Source of the DNA: Epiperipatus broadwayi
Lineage: Eukaryota > Animalia > Onychophora
Direction: 5' to 3'
NCBI GenBank assembly: GCA_028023455.1
Contig: JAQFVV010000005.1
Coordinates: 22,010,001-22,074,000, forward strand
Length of the DNA stretch: 64,000 nucleotides
Below are positions 24,537-35,778 of the stretch, piece after piece. A model generated the notes under the pieces. The model saw only the letters and a list, made by a program, of their open reading frames with translations. It searched no databases and was not told the origin of the DNA. Within the stretch, counting starts at the first letter, position 1; every line of letters begins with the position of its first letter. The position numbers were made by a program, and so were the translations under genes.

Positions 24537-25037
24537 GATTTTGGACCAAAAGTAAATTTTAAAAAACGGAAAATTAATTTAAATAATTTCACTGGTCTTC
24601 CAGCATATAGTCAAGATGTTATTTGCAAACTTCTTCAGGTCAATACCTTAAATAATTTTGAACCTGTGGAATTATGCAATTTGGAATATCTTCCTGAAAG
24701 AGGTTCTGCAATTGATTTTCATTACGATGATTTTTGGTTATGGGGTGAACGATTAGTTACAATAAATCTGCTGTCCAATACTCTTCTTCATTTGTACAAT
24801 CCTAAGGAAGGTGTTTTTATCAATGTTCCCATGCCTCGTCGTTCTCTCATAGTAATTTCTGGAGAATCACGCCATTTTTGGATGCATGCAATTAATCGAT
24901 GCGATATTGTTACTCGTCGAATTGCTCAAACTTATAGAGAATTATCCCCAAGATTTTTGCCTAGTGGTGAAAATGAAGAACTGGGGAAAATACTTTCACA
25001 GATTGCCTTATCTTTTAATGGAAATGTGAATAATTGA
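24537..25037 (+). CDS. ALKBH4: ALKBH4 coding exon 3 (catalytic domain and stop)
   Basis: T-rich tract plus TTGTAG acceptor, then DFGPKVNFKKRK...VELCNLEYLPERGSAIDFHYDDFWLWGERLVTINLLS...PRRSLIVISGESRHFWMHAINR...RRIAQTYRELS...ALSFNGNVNN*. HxD (HYD), the distal His (HAI) and the terminal Arg residues are intact. In frame with ORF 24666..25037; spliced product is 270 aa. Confidence 0.97.
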   Translation, partial: DFGPKVNFKKRKINLNNFTGLPAYSQDVICKLLQVNTLNNFEPVELCNLEYLPERGSAIDFHYDDFWLWGERLVTINLLSNTLLHLYNPKEGVFINVPMPRRSLIVISGESRHFWMHAINRCDIVTRRIAQTYRELSPRFLPSGENEELGKILSQIALSFNGNVNN

Positions 25038-25128
25038 ATTTAAATATTTTGTGTTTAAGTTTATGTAAATATATTTTATACCAGAGTTTATATTTCTACT
25101 TACAAAAACTATTAAAATTGTTAAGTTA

Positions 25129-25134
25129 AATAAA
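25129..25134 (+). terminator. Candidate polyadenylation signal of ALKBH4
   Basis: AATAAA about 90 nt after the stop, followed by T-rich sequence; weak evidence in such AT-rich DNA. Confidence 0.4.
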
Positions 25135-26015
25135 TATTTATTTATACACAATTTTTTTAATTTTATTTATAAAATATATTTGATACACATCATTTTTTTA
25201 TTTTGTTTTGTTTTTACTTATGTGCAATTTTTAGAAGGAAAGGGTAAATCACAGAATGGAATATTTAATTTCTCTGTATGAAAAACATTTTTTTCATTTC
25301 TAATATTTATTTAATATAGTGTTGACCAATTAATGGTGATTAATCATTGGAAATGAAACATGAACTGTAATTTCTTCTTATAACTAAGTTATTTAGAGGT
25401 TACATATTAATGTTTTTTGTGACCCATTTCAGATATTAATGCAATCTAATGCCTATCCAACTTCTATAGAGTAAACGTCAATTTTTTTTTTTTCACAAAA
25501 ATATTTTTCTCTAGGTATAGATTTAAAAATATTAATTAGACAGAATTTCCAGTTAACAAGAATATTTTAGTGTTAAAATTTTCTCCCTAATTAATCAATA
25601 ACTGCAGTAAAAGTAACATGGGCACAGTCTCCATAAAAGTCTCCTATTTACCTCACCTGTAATAAAGGGTGCTTCATGTTACTGATATATATATATTTTT
25701 AACTTTATAATTAGTGAATTATTATATAAATTAACAATGAAAGAAAAATCCTATGCTTGCTTAGTATCTGAAAAAGTTTTAGATCACAAGCAAGTTGGAC
25801 TCCAAATCATGTATTTGACAGACAAGTATATTAATTACTACTATACAAAATCTTTAAATAAATATGAATCATAGAATGCTTTGTTTTGATATTTATCATG
25901 CTTTTATTAAAAGATCAAAATATTTGAATACAGCCTTTCAAGCTCCATTCAGCTATTCACTCTCTCATATAACCGATACACATGAGCACACACATGCGAA
26001 AAAGATGAATGATCT

Positions 26016-26059
26016 CCAATATATATATATTTTGAGCTGAACCAGTACTTATCAGTTGG
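26016..26059 (-). ncRNA. Family B hammerhead, mutated
   Basis: CCAA-CTGATAA-GTACT-GGTTC-AGCTC-AAAA-TATATATAT-A-TTGG (G8A, G12A). Confidence 0.65.
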
Positions 26060-26566
26060 TCCGTATCACCATCTCCCCCCCTATATTTATAAGTAGTGCT
26101 TAGTTCATATTATGATAGCAAATCTTCAAACTTTAATGGACAGGCTTCAATCTACTTCACCCTCCAACTCAATTGAAAATCTGATGATGGAATACCCAAA
26201 TCCCTTGTTGATGCCAATATTATAGTTGTGCTCATAGGCAGGATATAAGCAGAATCTGTATATAAATTATACTTGTATTCCAATATTACCGATTCTGCCT
26301 GTATCCTGCCTATCCCTCTTCTGTGTATTTAAGTGGATAAAGTCTTATACATGAGGGTCAGAATGACTTAATGTCAACATGGGCATGACAATAATATTGG
26401 CATCAACAAGGGATTTGGGCATTCCATCATCAGATTTTCAATTGTATGGGTGGCTGAAGAGTTGGAAGGTGGAGTAGATTGAAGCCTGTCCGTTAAAGTT
26501 TGAAGATTTGCTAACAATATAAGCCAAGTACTGATTATATATATATGTTGGAGATGATGATCTGGA

Positions 26567-26608
26567 CCAACTGATGAATGCTGGTTTAGCACAAAGTATT
26601 TATATTGG
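26567..26608 (+). ncRNA. Family B hammerhead, mutated
   Basis: CCAA-CTGATGA-ATGCT-GGTTT-AGCAC-AAAG-TATTTAT-A-TTGG; CUGAUGA intact, GAAA lost. Confidence 0.65.
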
Positions 26609-27703
26609 AGATCTTTTATTTTTTTTACATGTGGATGGTCATGTGTATCAGTTGCATGAGATAGAGTGGATAGCTGAAGGGAGTTTGAAAGTCTGGATTC
26701 AAATCCCCTATAATTAAATGATTTAAAAGTGGATGAAATAAATTTATTATTCAGGTTATTAAAATATATTGTTGCTAACTTAATGTCTGACTTTTATAGT
26801 TGTCTACTTAAGTTGACTTTGATTTAAAACCTAGCCTGAATTTAAAATATGGGCTAAAGATAGTTAGCTATTGAATAATTTAATAATGTTTTCTATCAAA
26901 AGAAGCCTAGTTAATCATAAACCAGTTGAACAAAATTGTTTTCCTCACTGTCTAATGAATATTGATATACCCAATGCTTTCATAGAATTGGTTTTTATTA
27001 CACATACTGTGTATAAAAACATAGATAGCCTTGAAAAAGTCCATTTCAGGATAAAAGCCTCTCCATAAATCTGAAGAATAGTGAAGTTTACATACCAGAA
27101 ATCGCTAATTGCTGGATGGTGAAGATTTGGCATTTTTCTAGTTTTTGTTCTGTAAGAATAACTAGATACCTTTTTACAGATTAATATTAGACAAGTTAGT
27201 TGAGTTGGCTATTAAGTGGTTATCTGAAAGAAAAATCTTAAGCTTATTAGTATGGATTTTAACCAAGATTGTAAGCATGGTAAGTGGATGCAAAACCATT
27301 GCACCATGAGGCATTTATATTATTTATATTTAATAAGCGTATGTGTTGTGTGTGTATATATACTGAAAATGTAAATTGATGGTATCGTAGAGTAAAACAG
27401 CACTTAGATTCATTGAAATATGTCTAGATAAGTACCATACACTGACAAAATAGTATAAGGTTAAACAATCTTTCTAAAGATTTGAATTCTTGAAGTTACC
27501 TGGGCTTCAGTTAGTCATTATAATCTGATCTGAATCTAAAGCTAACTTAGAAAAACATTGATTAATCAATTGATATTAGATAATAGTAAAAAACATACAA
27601 GTGATATTTGGCTGATTGTGTTTGTCGATGTTGATTTATATTTAGTCTTCAATGATCTTTAGTCATTCTGTAGTTCAAGTTAATAGCCTGAAGATTTTAC
27701 ATA

Positions 27704-28127
27704 ACTATCGCATTTTATATGCATATTATCGAGGTTATAGCCTCAGTAAATATTACTTACGTAATCAATGTGCAATCAATGTGCGTTTAATAAATTTATA
27801 ATTACAACTTTAAATTACTGTAATAGATTTCTAAATATAAAATCTTTCCATTGATTCGTTGTAAATCGAAAGATTTCGCGAGTATTAATGTGTAATAAAG
27901 AAATGTGGACTTAATCAGTGAAGTATTGAATAGCTTCACGCTCGCAGATCTAACCGCTTCAGCTTCACCTATTTAAATAGAAAGTAGGTTGAAGTAGGGA
28001 GAAGGTTCCCCTCCTGGGGGTTCCCCTCTTTTCTTCCATAGCATAAGCTTGTGGTTAAAACACCTGTAGAGGTCCCTACTATCGCATTTTATACGCATAT
28101 TATCGAGGTTATAGCCTCAGTAAATAT
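27704..28127. repeat. 374-bp unit bounded by 50-bp direct repeats (unclassified element)
   Basis: ACTATCGCATTTTATA(T/C)GCATATTATCGAGGTTATAGCCTCAGTAAATAT at 27704-27753 and 28078-28127 (1 mismatch); a related copy is at 48032-48127. Confidence 0.85.
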
Positions 28128-28410
28128 AACTTAAGATTTTAAATCTAAGCCATCTTTTTTTATAGCTATAATGTGAACTAGAGAAATTATGATTAGTTAT
28201 AGAAAACTTGGATTTAAATAATTTTGACTGAATACCATCTAACACAAAGCTCATTTCCCAAGAGAAAGAATAATCAGTAAGAATTTAAATGACGATGCAT
28301 AATAAATATATTTATTAGTATAAATATAATTATAAGAGAATAATAAAATATATTATGATATACATTAAAGATATTTGTACAAATATAGTTACAAAAGAAT
28401 AATATATTTA

Positions 28411-28713
28411 AATATGGTATACACCAATCAAATTTTTGTTACACTAATCTATGGAGAAACCAAAGCAAACATCGCCACTAGGGTATAGCAGCACCGATAC
28501 ATATGTAGTAGAATGCTAACCAAGGCCAAAGGCAACTCAATATTTGTAGAGCATGAGAGAGTCGCTGGTCACACCTTCCAGCCGACGTCAGCCGAGATAA
28601 TTTGCACTGAATGCAACGACGTAGTGAAGGAGGCTTGTTTCTTCGCAGAAGACCCTAATGCGCTCAATAGAAGAGATGCCTGCTTTACAATCTCTAAAAA
28701 GTGGGCCATTTAA
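28411..28713 (+). mobile_element. PLE GIY-YIG endonuclease C-terminal fragment (one premature stop)
   Basis: Single frame NMVYTNQIFVTLIYGETKANIATRV*QHRY...FVEHERVAGHTF...AEIICTE...KEACF...PNALNRRDACFTISKKW; matches the PLE pattern YxGET..RxxxH ... H...GH.F ... LNR.D....W. Confidence 0.8.
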
Positions 28714-28769
28714 ATATTATTACATAAATTTGCATACATTACTGTGATATCTATTAACTATTACGAAAA

Positions 28770-28814
28770 GAGTTATGAATGTGGGAACATAGAATTCCCG
28801 AAAGCGCTCAGCTT
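28770..28814 (+). ncRNA. Decayed hammerhead just downstream of the GIY-YIG fragment
   Basis: GAGTT-ATGAATGT-GGGAA-CATAGAA-TTCCC-GAAA-GCGCT-C-AGCTT. Stem II, GAAA, palindromic AGCGCU and stem I are retained; the CUGANGA box is corrupted. Confidence 0.5.
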
Positions 28815-30567
28815 ATTTATTGTTATACAACTTCATTAATTGTGTATAAAACGCAAGCTTAGAATTATTAAACTAAATAAATGAATGAAGAAAATTTTGT
28901 TTATTAAATGCATTTGCTTACTTAATTTGTTCAGTTTTATCCTCACCTTGTAATTTTTCCTTTTAGGTCTGCAAATGAAAATTTGATGTAAAAGTATAGA
29001 TATATTTATTGTTTGGTTTTTTAAATATATAATTATTGTATATTGATTAAAAAATGTATTTTGAAATTTAATTACTTATTAAGTATTTTATTTTTTTTAT
29101 AATTGGGGTACTAATAAATACATTCATTGGACATTGATTTAATTGCAAGGAAATAACATTATTATCTAAATTCTTGTTGGGTAATCTTTTATTTGGAAAA
29201 TTCACCATCTTATGGTCGAAAATAAGTAGAATAATATATGTTGGCAATATATAATATTAATTTTTTCTTAGTTTTTCAAAAGTGTTAGTAAGTTTGTACT
29301 AATACTTTTTATTTTACATTCTTGGGAAACAGTATAAAAATTGTTGGCAATTTAAGAAATCTGATGTATTCAGATTTGTAATATTTTTTTTTTTTTAAAG
29401 AAAAGGATAATTTTGAACATTTTTAATTGCACAGTATATTGTGAAATAAAGAATCTAAACTTTGACCGATTTTAATATACCATATTAAAAAGGAACTCAA
29501 ACTACAGAAAATAATAGTATTTGATTTTCCTTGCAATTTTAAAATGAAATAAAGGAATTTTAATTTCACTTGAATGGTTAGCAACTGCACTAACTTTTAT
29601 GAAAAAGTTAATAATTAAGTGGTTAATTGAGAATTTACATGAAATTTAAGCATCAGAAGTGTCAGTTGAGCAGTGATTATTGGATCTTTAGTTCACTCAT
29701 ATCATTTCTAAATCACATACAATAGTATATTGTAATGCACAAACTAAAATAAGCTGCTGTACTGCGTATCTTAACAGTAATGTCCAGGTGAATGAAAATC
29801 AGATATAAAATTCTATTAAACTAAAATAATAATATGCTCAAACAGAATGTACAGCCAGTAGAGCTACCATTGACAAAAGTTAAATGATGTTAAGTTGCCT
29901 TTGAAGGGATAATGAAGAACTAAAGGTTAACGGATCCACTGTATAAACTAAAAAAAATATCTGGTCAGTGAATTCAGTGTACCATTTAGGTACTTGACTG
30001 TATGACCTCTGGCAATTAACCACAATATTTTAAATCTTATAAGCACTATTTGATGTTTATGATAACATGTTCTAATTTTCCTACATTTCAATGAAATAAT
30101 AGAACTATTAATAATTTGTAATCCATTAAAAAATTTATGAAAGAAAATAACTCTTAAAGTGACAAGTTAGCTTTTAATTGAAATTTTAATTATAATTAAT
30201 TAATTGATATATTAATCATTTCCCAGGTCAGTATAATTCTGCAAATTCACTTGATTTATTGCCAGTTACTATAGATGAGGCATATACTTAAGTCTGAACT
30301 TAAGAAATAAATTCTGCACAGCTTATCTTACTTAAACTTTTCATTTTTCTATTGAATTTCACATAGATTTTAAAATATAATATGTTTCAATATTTAAAAG
30401 TGAAGATAAAATTATTGATTGAAAATTATTTATAAGCTGTTTAAATTGACCATAAGTCGAGATTGTTTTTTTACTTTACAATAATTTGTTTTTTTATTAG
30501 ATGATGATACAATGATAAGAATTAAAAGAGTATAGTTATTGTATTGCTGATTGTTTAGAATCTTTCA

Positions 30568-30825
30568 ATCATCATCATCAACTAGTATCAATCCACTGCA
30601 GGATGAAGGTCTCTCCAAGTCCAATCCATCTTTTCCGATCTTTAGCTTCTCTTCTCCACATCACCCCTGCACACTTTCTTATTTCATCCATCCATCTCAC
30701 ATGTGGTCTCTTTCTGGGTCTTTTACAATCTCTTGGAATCCAGTTTAAAATTTCAATTGTCCATCTATTATCATCTCTTCTAGCAATATGTCCAGCCCAA
30801 ACTCCAGTCTTTTAATTTTTTGATC
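30568..30825 (-). mobile_element. RTE LINE 3' end fragment
   Basis: (ATC)n tail plus ATCAATCCACTGCAGGATGAAGGTCTCTCC, the reverse complement of 44036-44090. Confidence 0.92.
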
Positions 30826-31898
30826 AAACTGAAACTTTTGATTATATTTGTCATGATATTCTTTACATTAGATAAGCTTTCTAAGGAGTCTCTGATCATT
30901 TCGTCGATTGTATCTTATTTTCAAAATCAGAAGCAAATGATAAAAATTGATAATACTATTTATTAATGGAATTTGAGAAGATTTAGTTTTGGGCCCATTA
31001 TTGTGATAATTGCTAAATTCCAAGTGTATTATTTATAATCTCAGCTGGGCAGCATCGGTGATTAACTATAAGAAAACATTAGACACAAATAAAACATTTA
31101 TTCACTCAAAACAAATATATATAGCTAGACAAAGAGTAATACATTAACAATCTTCGCAGAGAATACGTTAAAATCTATCGTAACAGATTTATCTTTCAGT
31201 TGTGTGATTTTAAACTTTTTTATACATGCAAATATAACTAACATTGTCTGTATTTAAGCATGTTTAGCTATCTCATGTTTATTGAACACATGCATAATGC
31301 ACGACAACTGTGGATGCTCTGATTACAGATATATCTTTAGTTTTTATATTAGTCAAGATTTTGTATAAATCTAAACATATTAGCATACATTCATTTTATT
31401 TAAATGCATGCATAACTAAAAATTTCTAGAGTGAATTCAATTAGGGGGAATTTATTCATGTTTGATTGTAATTGCACAGAATATAAAACTTTGTTTACGA
31501 ATCACAAATGTATACATATATGCGTACACACTGTGCTATAGTTAGTACAGTTAATCCAATAATATATTTAAATAATATTTTTATGTTGCTTCTATATTCA
31601 ACTTTATGAACATGATATATCTGGAGATCATCTAGAATTTGTGTTATGCTGAATTGTCTATTATGAGAGATTGGTTGAAATTAAATAACTTCATTATAAA
31701 TAAATAAAGTTATTATATTTGATTTAATATAGTTATATTGAGAGCCACTAGAAATTAAATTATCTCAGTTTGATATTAGCTGTTTTTGTTTTGTCTTGGA
31801 GAAGTCATTAATGTTCTTTGTGGTCATTTGCTGGATGTAATTATATTATTTATCAAAGTTTCTTTCTGATAATATTGTATTATTGATCTTATATAACA

Positions 31899-32046
31899 AT
31901 CATTAAGGATTGCACTGTAAACTAATAAACACTTTTAAGGAATACTCTCCTTTTCAAACACAATATAAAGTTTTTTGAAAGGAGAGTATTCCTTAAAAGT
32001 ATTTATTAGTTTACAGCACGTGTAGTGGAGTGATCCCTAATGATTA
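31899..32046. repeat. Fold-back hairpin (43-bp core arms, extended flanks)
   Basis: CTGTAAACTAATAAACACTTTTAAGGAATACTCTCCTTTTCAAA (31915-31958) pairs with TTTGAAAGGAGAGTATTCCTTAAAAGTATTTATTAGTTTACAG (to 32016). Outer ATCATTAAGGAT / ATCCCTAATGAT also pair. Confidence 0.9.
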
Positions 32047-32656
32047 TTACAGATTAAAACACAGTATTATATAATAAATAACTTGTTATATAATCTTATC
32101 TAAGTTTTTATGCTATGTAATCATGTTATAGAGTGTTATAAGTAGAGATATATTCTTTCCACCTGTGTATTACAAAATTATGTTTTAGGTATTCTATTGG
32201 GTAATCTCTTTGATATAGGCAAATATTTATTTCTTAAAAATGACATTTTCACAATGCATAAACTTTAAAGAATTGTATTAGAAGCATATATTGATTGTAC
32301 ATTAGAATGTATTACCTTTGTTAAATCTATTACTATGAACAACTGAATGAACCAAAGCTTAATATCTCTGATATTCATTCAATGAAATGGCAAGTCATTT
32401 AGATTCTTAAAAGATTATTAAAACAAATAACTTTTCACACATGGATGTTTTTTTCGCAAAAGTCATAACCATTAAATTTTCTAACACTATTATATGCTAT
32501 TGTTACTGCATATAGTAAGCAGTGGCAGCTGGTCCATAAGTTCTGCAATTCTGCAGCATCCCCAGAAAATAATACAAAAATTAATTAGTAAATTTGTATT
32601 TGAAAATATCAATAATATAACAATCTTTTGATATTTTGTATAATTATTATGTAAAT

Positions 32657-33862
32657 CATTATCATCAACCATTATCAATCCAATGCAGGATGGTCTCTCC
32701 AAGTTCAATCCGTCTTCTCCGATCTCTTCTCCACATCACCCCTGCACACTTTCTTATTTCATCCATCCATCTCACATGTGGTCTCTTTCTGGGTCTTTTA
32801 CAATCTTTTGGAATCCAGTTTAAGATTTCAATTGTCCATCTATTATCATCTCTTCTAGCAATATGTCCAGCCCAACTCCACTTACGTCTTAATTTTTTCA
32901 GTGAGGTCAGTAACACCTGTTTGTTCTCTTACCCATATATTTATTGCATTTTCAATCTCTTGTTACTCCCAACATGCATCTCTCCATACTTCTTCGAGTG
33001 GTCTGAAGTCTTTGTATTGTTCTTCTATTAAGTATCCAAGTCTCAGATCCATAAGTAAGTACTGGTAAAACATATTATTAATTTCTTTTCAAACATAGGT
33101 ATATTTCTTTTTAGTATCAAGTTATTTCTACCAATAGCACTCCAACCAAGTTTAATTCTATGATTAATTTCATCCATTACGTTTCCATCTGTATTGATAA
33201 TATGACCAAGGTATTTGTAACTTCTAACTCATAATTAATCTTCATTTTCATATTTTGAGAAAATCCATTAAACATTACTTTAGTCTTTTTAACATTTATC
33301 TTTAGTCCTACTTTCATCTGATAACTCTTGCAACATTTCCTGCAACTCTAAAGCATTATTTGCAAAAACAACTATATCTGTAAAATCTAAATGTCTTAAA
33401 TAATTTCTATTTACTTTCATTCCTTTAGCTTCCCATTTTAATCCACAAAATACTTCTTGCAGCACTGCTATAAAAAGTTTTGGAGATATGGAGTCATCCT
33501 TTCTTACACCCTTCTCAATGTTGACTTTCCCAGTATTATTATGTAATCAAATTGTTGCTGTTGCATTTTTATAAATATTCTTTAAAATATGACAATATCC
33601 TGGATCTATACCTTGATGATCCAATTGCTTTAATCACTGAAGAAATGTTTATAGAATCAAATGCCTTTTCATAATCTACAAATCCAAAGCATAATGGCAA
33701 CTCATATTCATTTGTCCTTTCTATAACTTCTCTCAATACCTGGATATGATCTACTGTACTAAAGCCACTTTTAAATCCAGCTTGTTCCTTGGTTGGTGGA
33801 AATCCAATGTTCTTTGTAATTATCTTGGTAAAAATTTAGTATAAAAGGCTGATAGATCTGTA
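32657..33862 (-). mobile_element. RTE LINE, 5'-truncated copy with TSD
   Basis: Colinear with 42860-44075 (WSWAGHIARRDDNRW..WIP...RPRKRP..RW); 11-bp TSD ATTATGTAAAT at 32646-32656 and 33863-33873. Confidence 0.93.
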
Positions 33863-34759
33863 ATTATGTAAATACAACTAATTAAATCGATTTTTTTTAA
33901 AAAAAAAATTTTAACTGATACTTGAGATTATATTCAAAGATACTGCTAATTATGGCAGTGTCAGAAACATCATTTTCAAGATCCACAGAGATTTGTTTGT
34001 CTTGTCAATGTGTGAAACTCGCATCATTGGAGCTGCCCACTCTGCAGTGCCAGTAATTAGTTGAGAGTAATATGTTTATATCTATTCCGGTTTCTCTTCA
34101 GAGCGAATAATTTTCTTGGATGAGCAATAAAATATAGTTGTTGTTTTTTTTTTTTTTGGCAATTAGAATTTGTACATAAATATTTATCATAGAAAAATAT
34201 AACAAAAGATTAAAAAATACTATTTTACATATTTATTATGATGAGTATTCATGTCGAATGTATAAAAAATTTACATTTTCCCAATTAATATTAAAAAATT
34301 GAAATAAAAAGTAAAGCCCGATGTCCTCCAGATTTTATTATTTGTTAAACAGCAGTTAGTAAAAATAAAAAAATGTAACGATTATTGGTATGGAAAATGT
34401 GAAATTAGAAATGCTCTGTTTGTTTTCCTTGTTTACTTTTTGGTTATAATAAAGCACTTGCTTGAAAATTTCACGAGCCGACACTGGTCGTAAGTCAGTC
34501 AAAAGTCACTAATTATTTACTGTTTTTTTTGTGTGTGTGATAATGTAATTGATTCGTGGTCACATGATATTTACGGAATTTTGACCACCGTTTGTAATGT
34601 TGATATGTGACACTGAAATAACTAATTTATTGCACGTTCATAAAGTTTATCTTTAATTATAAAAGAAAGAAATATAGTGTTGTTGTTTTTTATCCTAATG
34701 ATTTTAAAAAAAGTTGACGAGAGAGGCGGGAACAAAACTACAAACTATTTAAAGTAACG

Positions 34760-35030
34760 TATGTTTAGTTAGACTGCCAACACGAGTTTACTGTCAACGG
34801 AAAAGGAAAACCTTTGATTACCTCTTTGCGATCTTAAACAAAGTGAGTTAGGTATATTCCTAATAAACACTCCATGTATTTTTGATGCTGCAGCTGTTAT
34901 TATTGTGTGATTATGTATACGGTAAATTAACATGGATGGGCTGTTCGCCAACACGCATCAACCAGGAAATTACTTAATAGACTTTTTACCTCAGAGATTA
35001 AAAAAAAACAACTTAGAAAGACATTCTAAA
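34760..35030 (+). mobile_element. Degraded repeat homologous to 40480-40760 (probable PLE GIY-YIG region)
   Basis: Shares GCAGCTGTTATTA(T/C)T.TGTGATTAT and GATGGGCTG.TC.CCAACAC with 40600-40670; translates as ..CCSCYY..W..RQH. Confidence 0.55.
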
Positions 35031-35670
35031 AAAAAAAAAACTTGGAAAGACATGTTGCAATGGATTGATAGTAGTTAAAGTGATAATGATATTTAATCAA
35101 GTTATAGTTTGACTGAGAGAGTGATCAAAGTTTATTTTAGTCTAATTAATTTTAGAAGTAACGTTTTGTTGTTGTGTTTTTTTTTTAAAAATCTATTTTC
35201 ACCCAAAAAAAAACTTGAATTCTAAAAGCCAAACATTCAACGTAGACGAGCAAATCTATAGAGAGACATTTCAAAAATTATCAATTTATTCTCCTCTCGT
35301 ATAGATTTTACTGGTACATCTTTTGTTTTCGGGCTGATAACACATATAGTTCGCAAGTTGTATATGGAAGATCAAATAAAATTATGTTTTTTTTTTTTGT
35401 ATCAGAAAATCTTTTTTTCTTTTACTTAACCTAAATAAATGAAATTTGATAATAACTCTTAAATAGGAGGTTATTTTTTGTAACGAATTTATGGAAAACA
35501 ATAGCAAGCTGATACTAACTAGGAATCGATATATATTTTTTTTTGATCACTGCTTTTCTTTCTAGCACAATCATTTAGCATATATTTATCTGATGTATAT
35601 AAATTTATTATTACTAATAATTTGTCATAAAACTGCTGTGAGTTAAATAGAGAGAATTGCAGAATACATC

Positions 35671-35778
35671 TTTTTTTTTTTCATATATCATAGCATCGAC
35701 GGGGAGGCGAACCCGCAACAACCGTCTGCAACTAACTGCTTGCTTGCAAGGTGGCTGCGCTGACCTCTTGGCTATGCA
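35671..35778 (-). mobile_element. Diverged relative of the tRNA-derived SINE
   Basis: Minus strand ..AGAGGTCAGCGCAGCC...AAGCAGTT...GCGGGTTCGCCTCCCCGTCGATGCTATGATATATG plus poly(A). Confidence 0.7.

Larger units (their letters stand above)
25922..26704. mobile_element. Family B fold-back element (~780 bp) with an HHR in each arm
   Basis: ~310-bp inverted arms (25922-26235 / 26379-26704); nested 23-bp hairpin 26234-26256 / 26291-26313 in the spacer. Confidence 0.88.

Noticed and set aside
28098-28122. Minus-strand CTGAGG..CCTC-GATAA as an HHR
   Set aside because: Stem II would overlap the catalytic core and GAAA is absent in all three copies.
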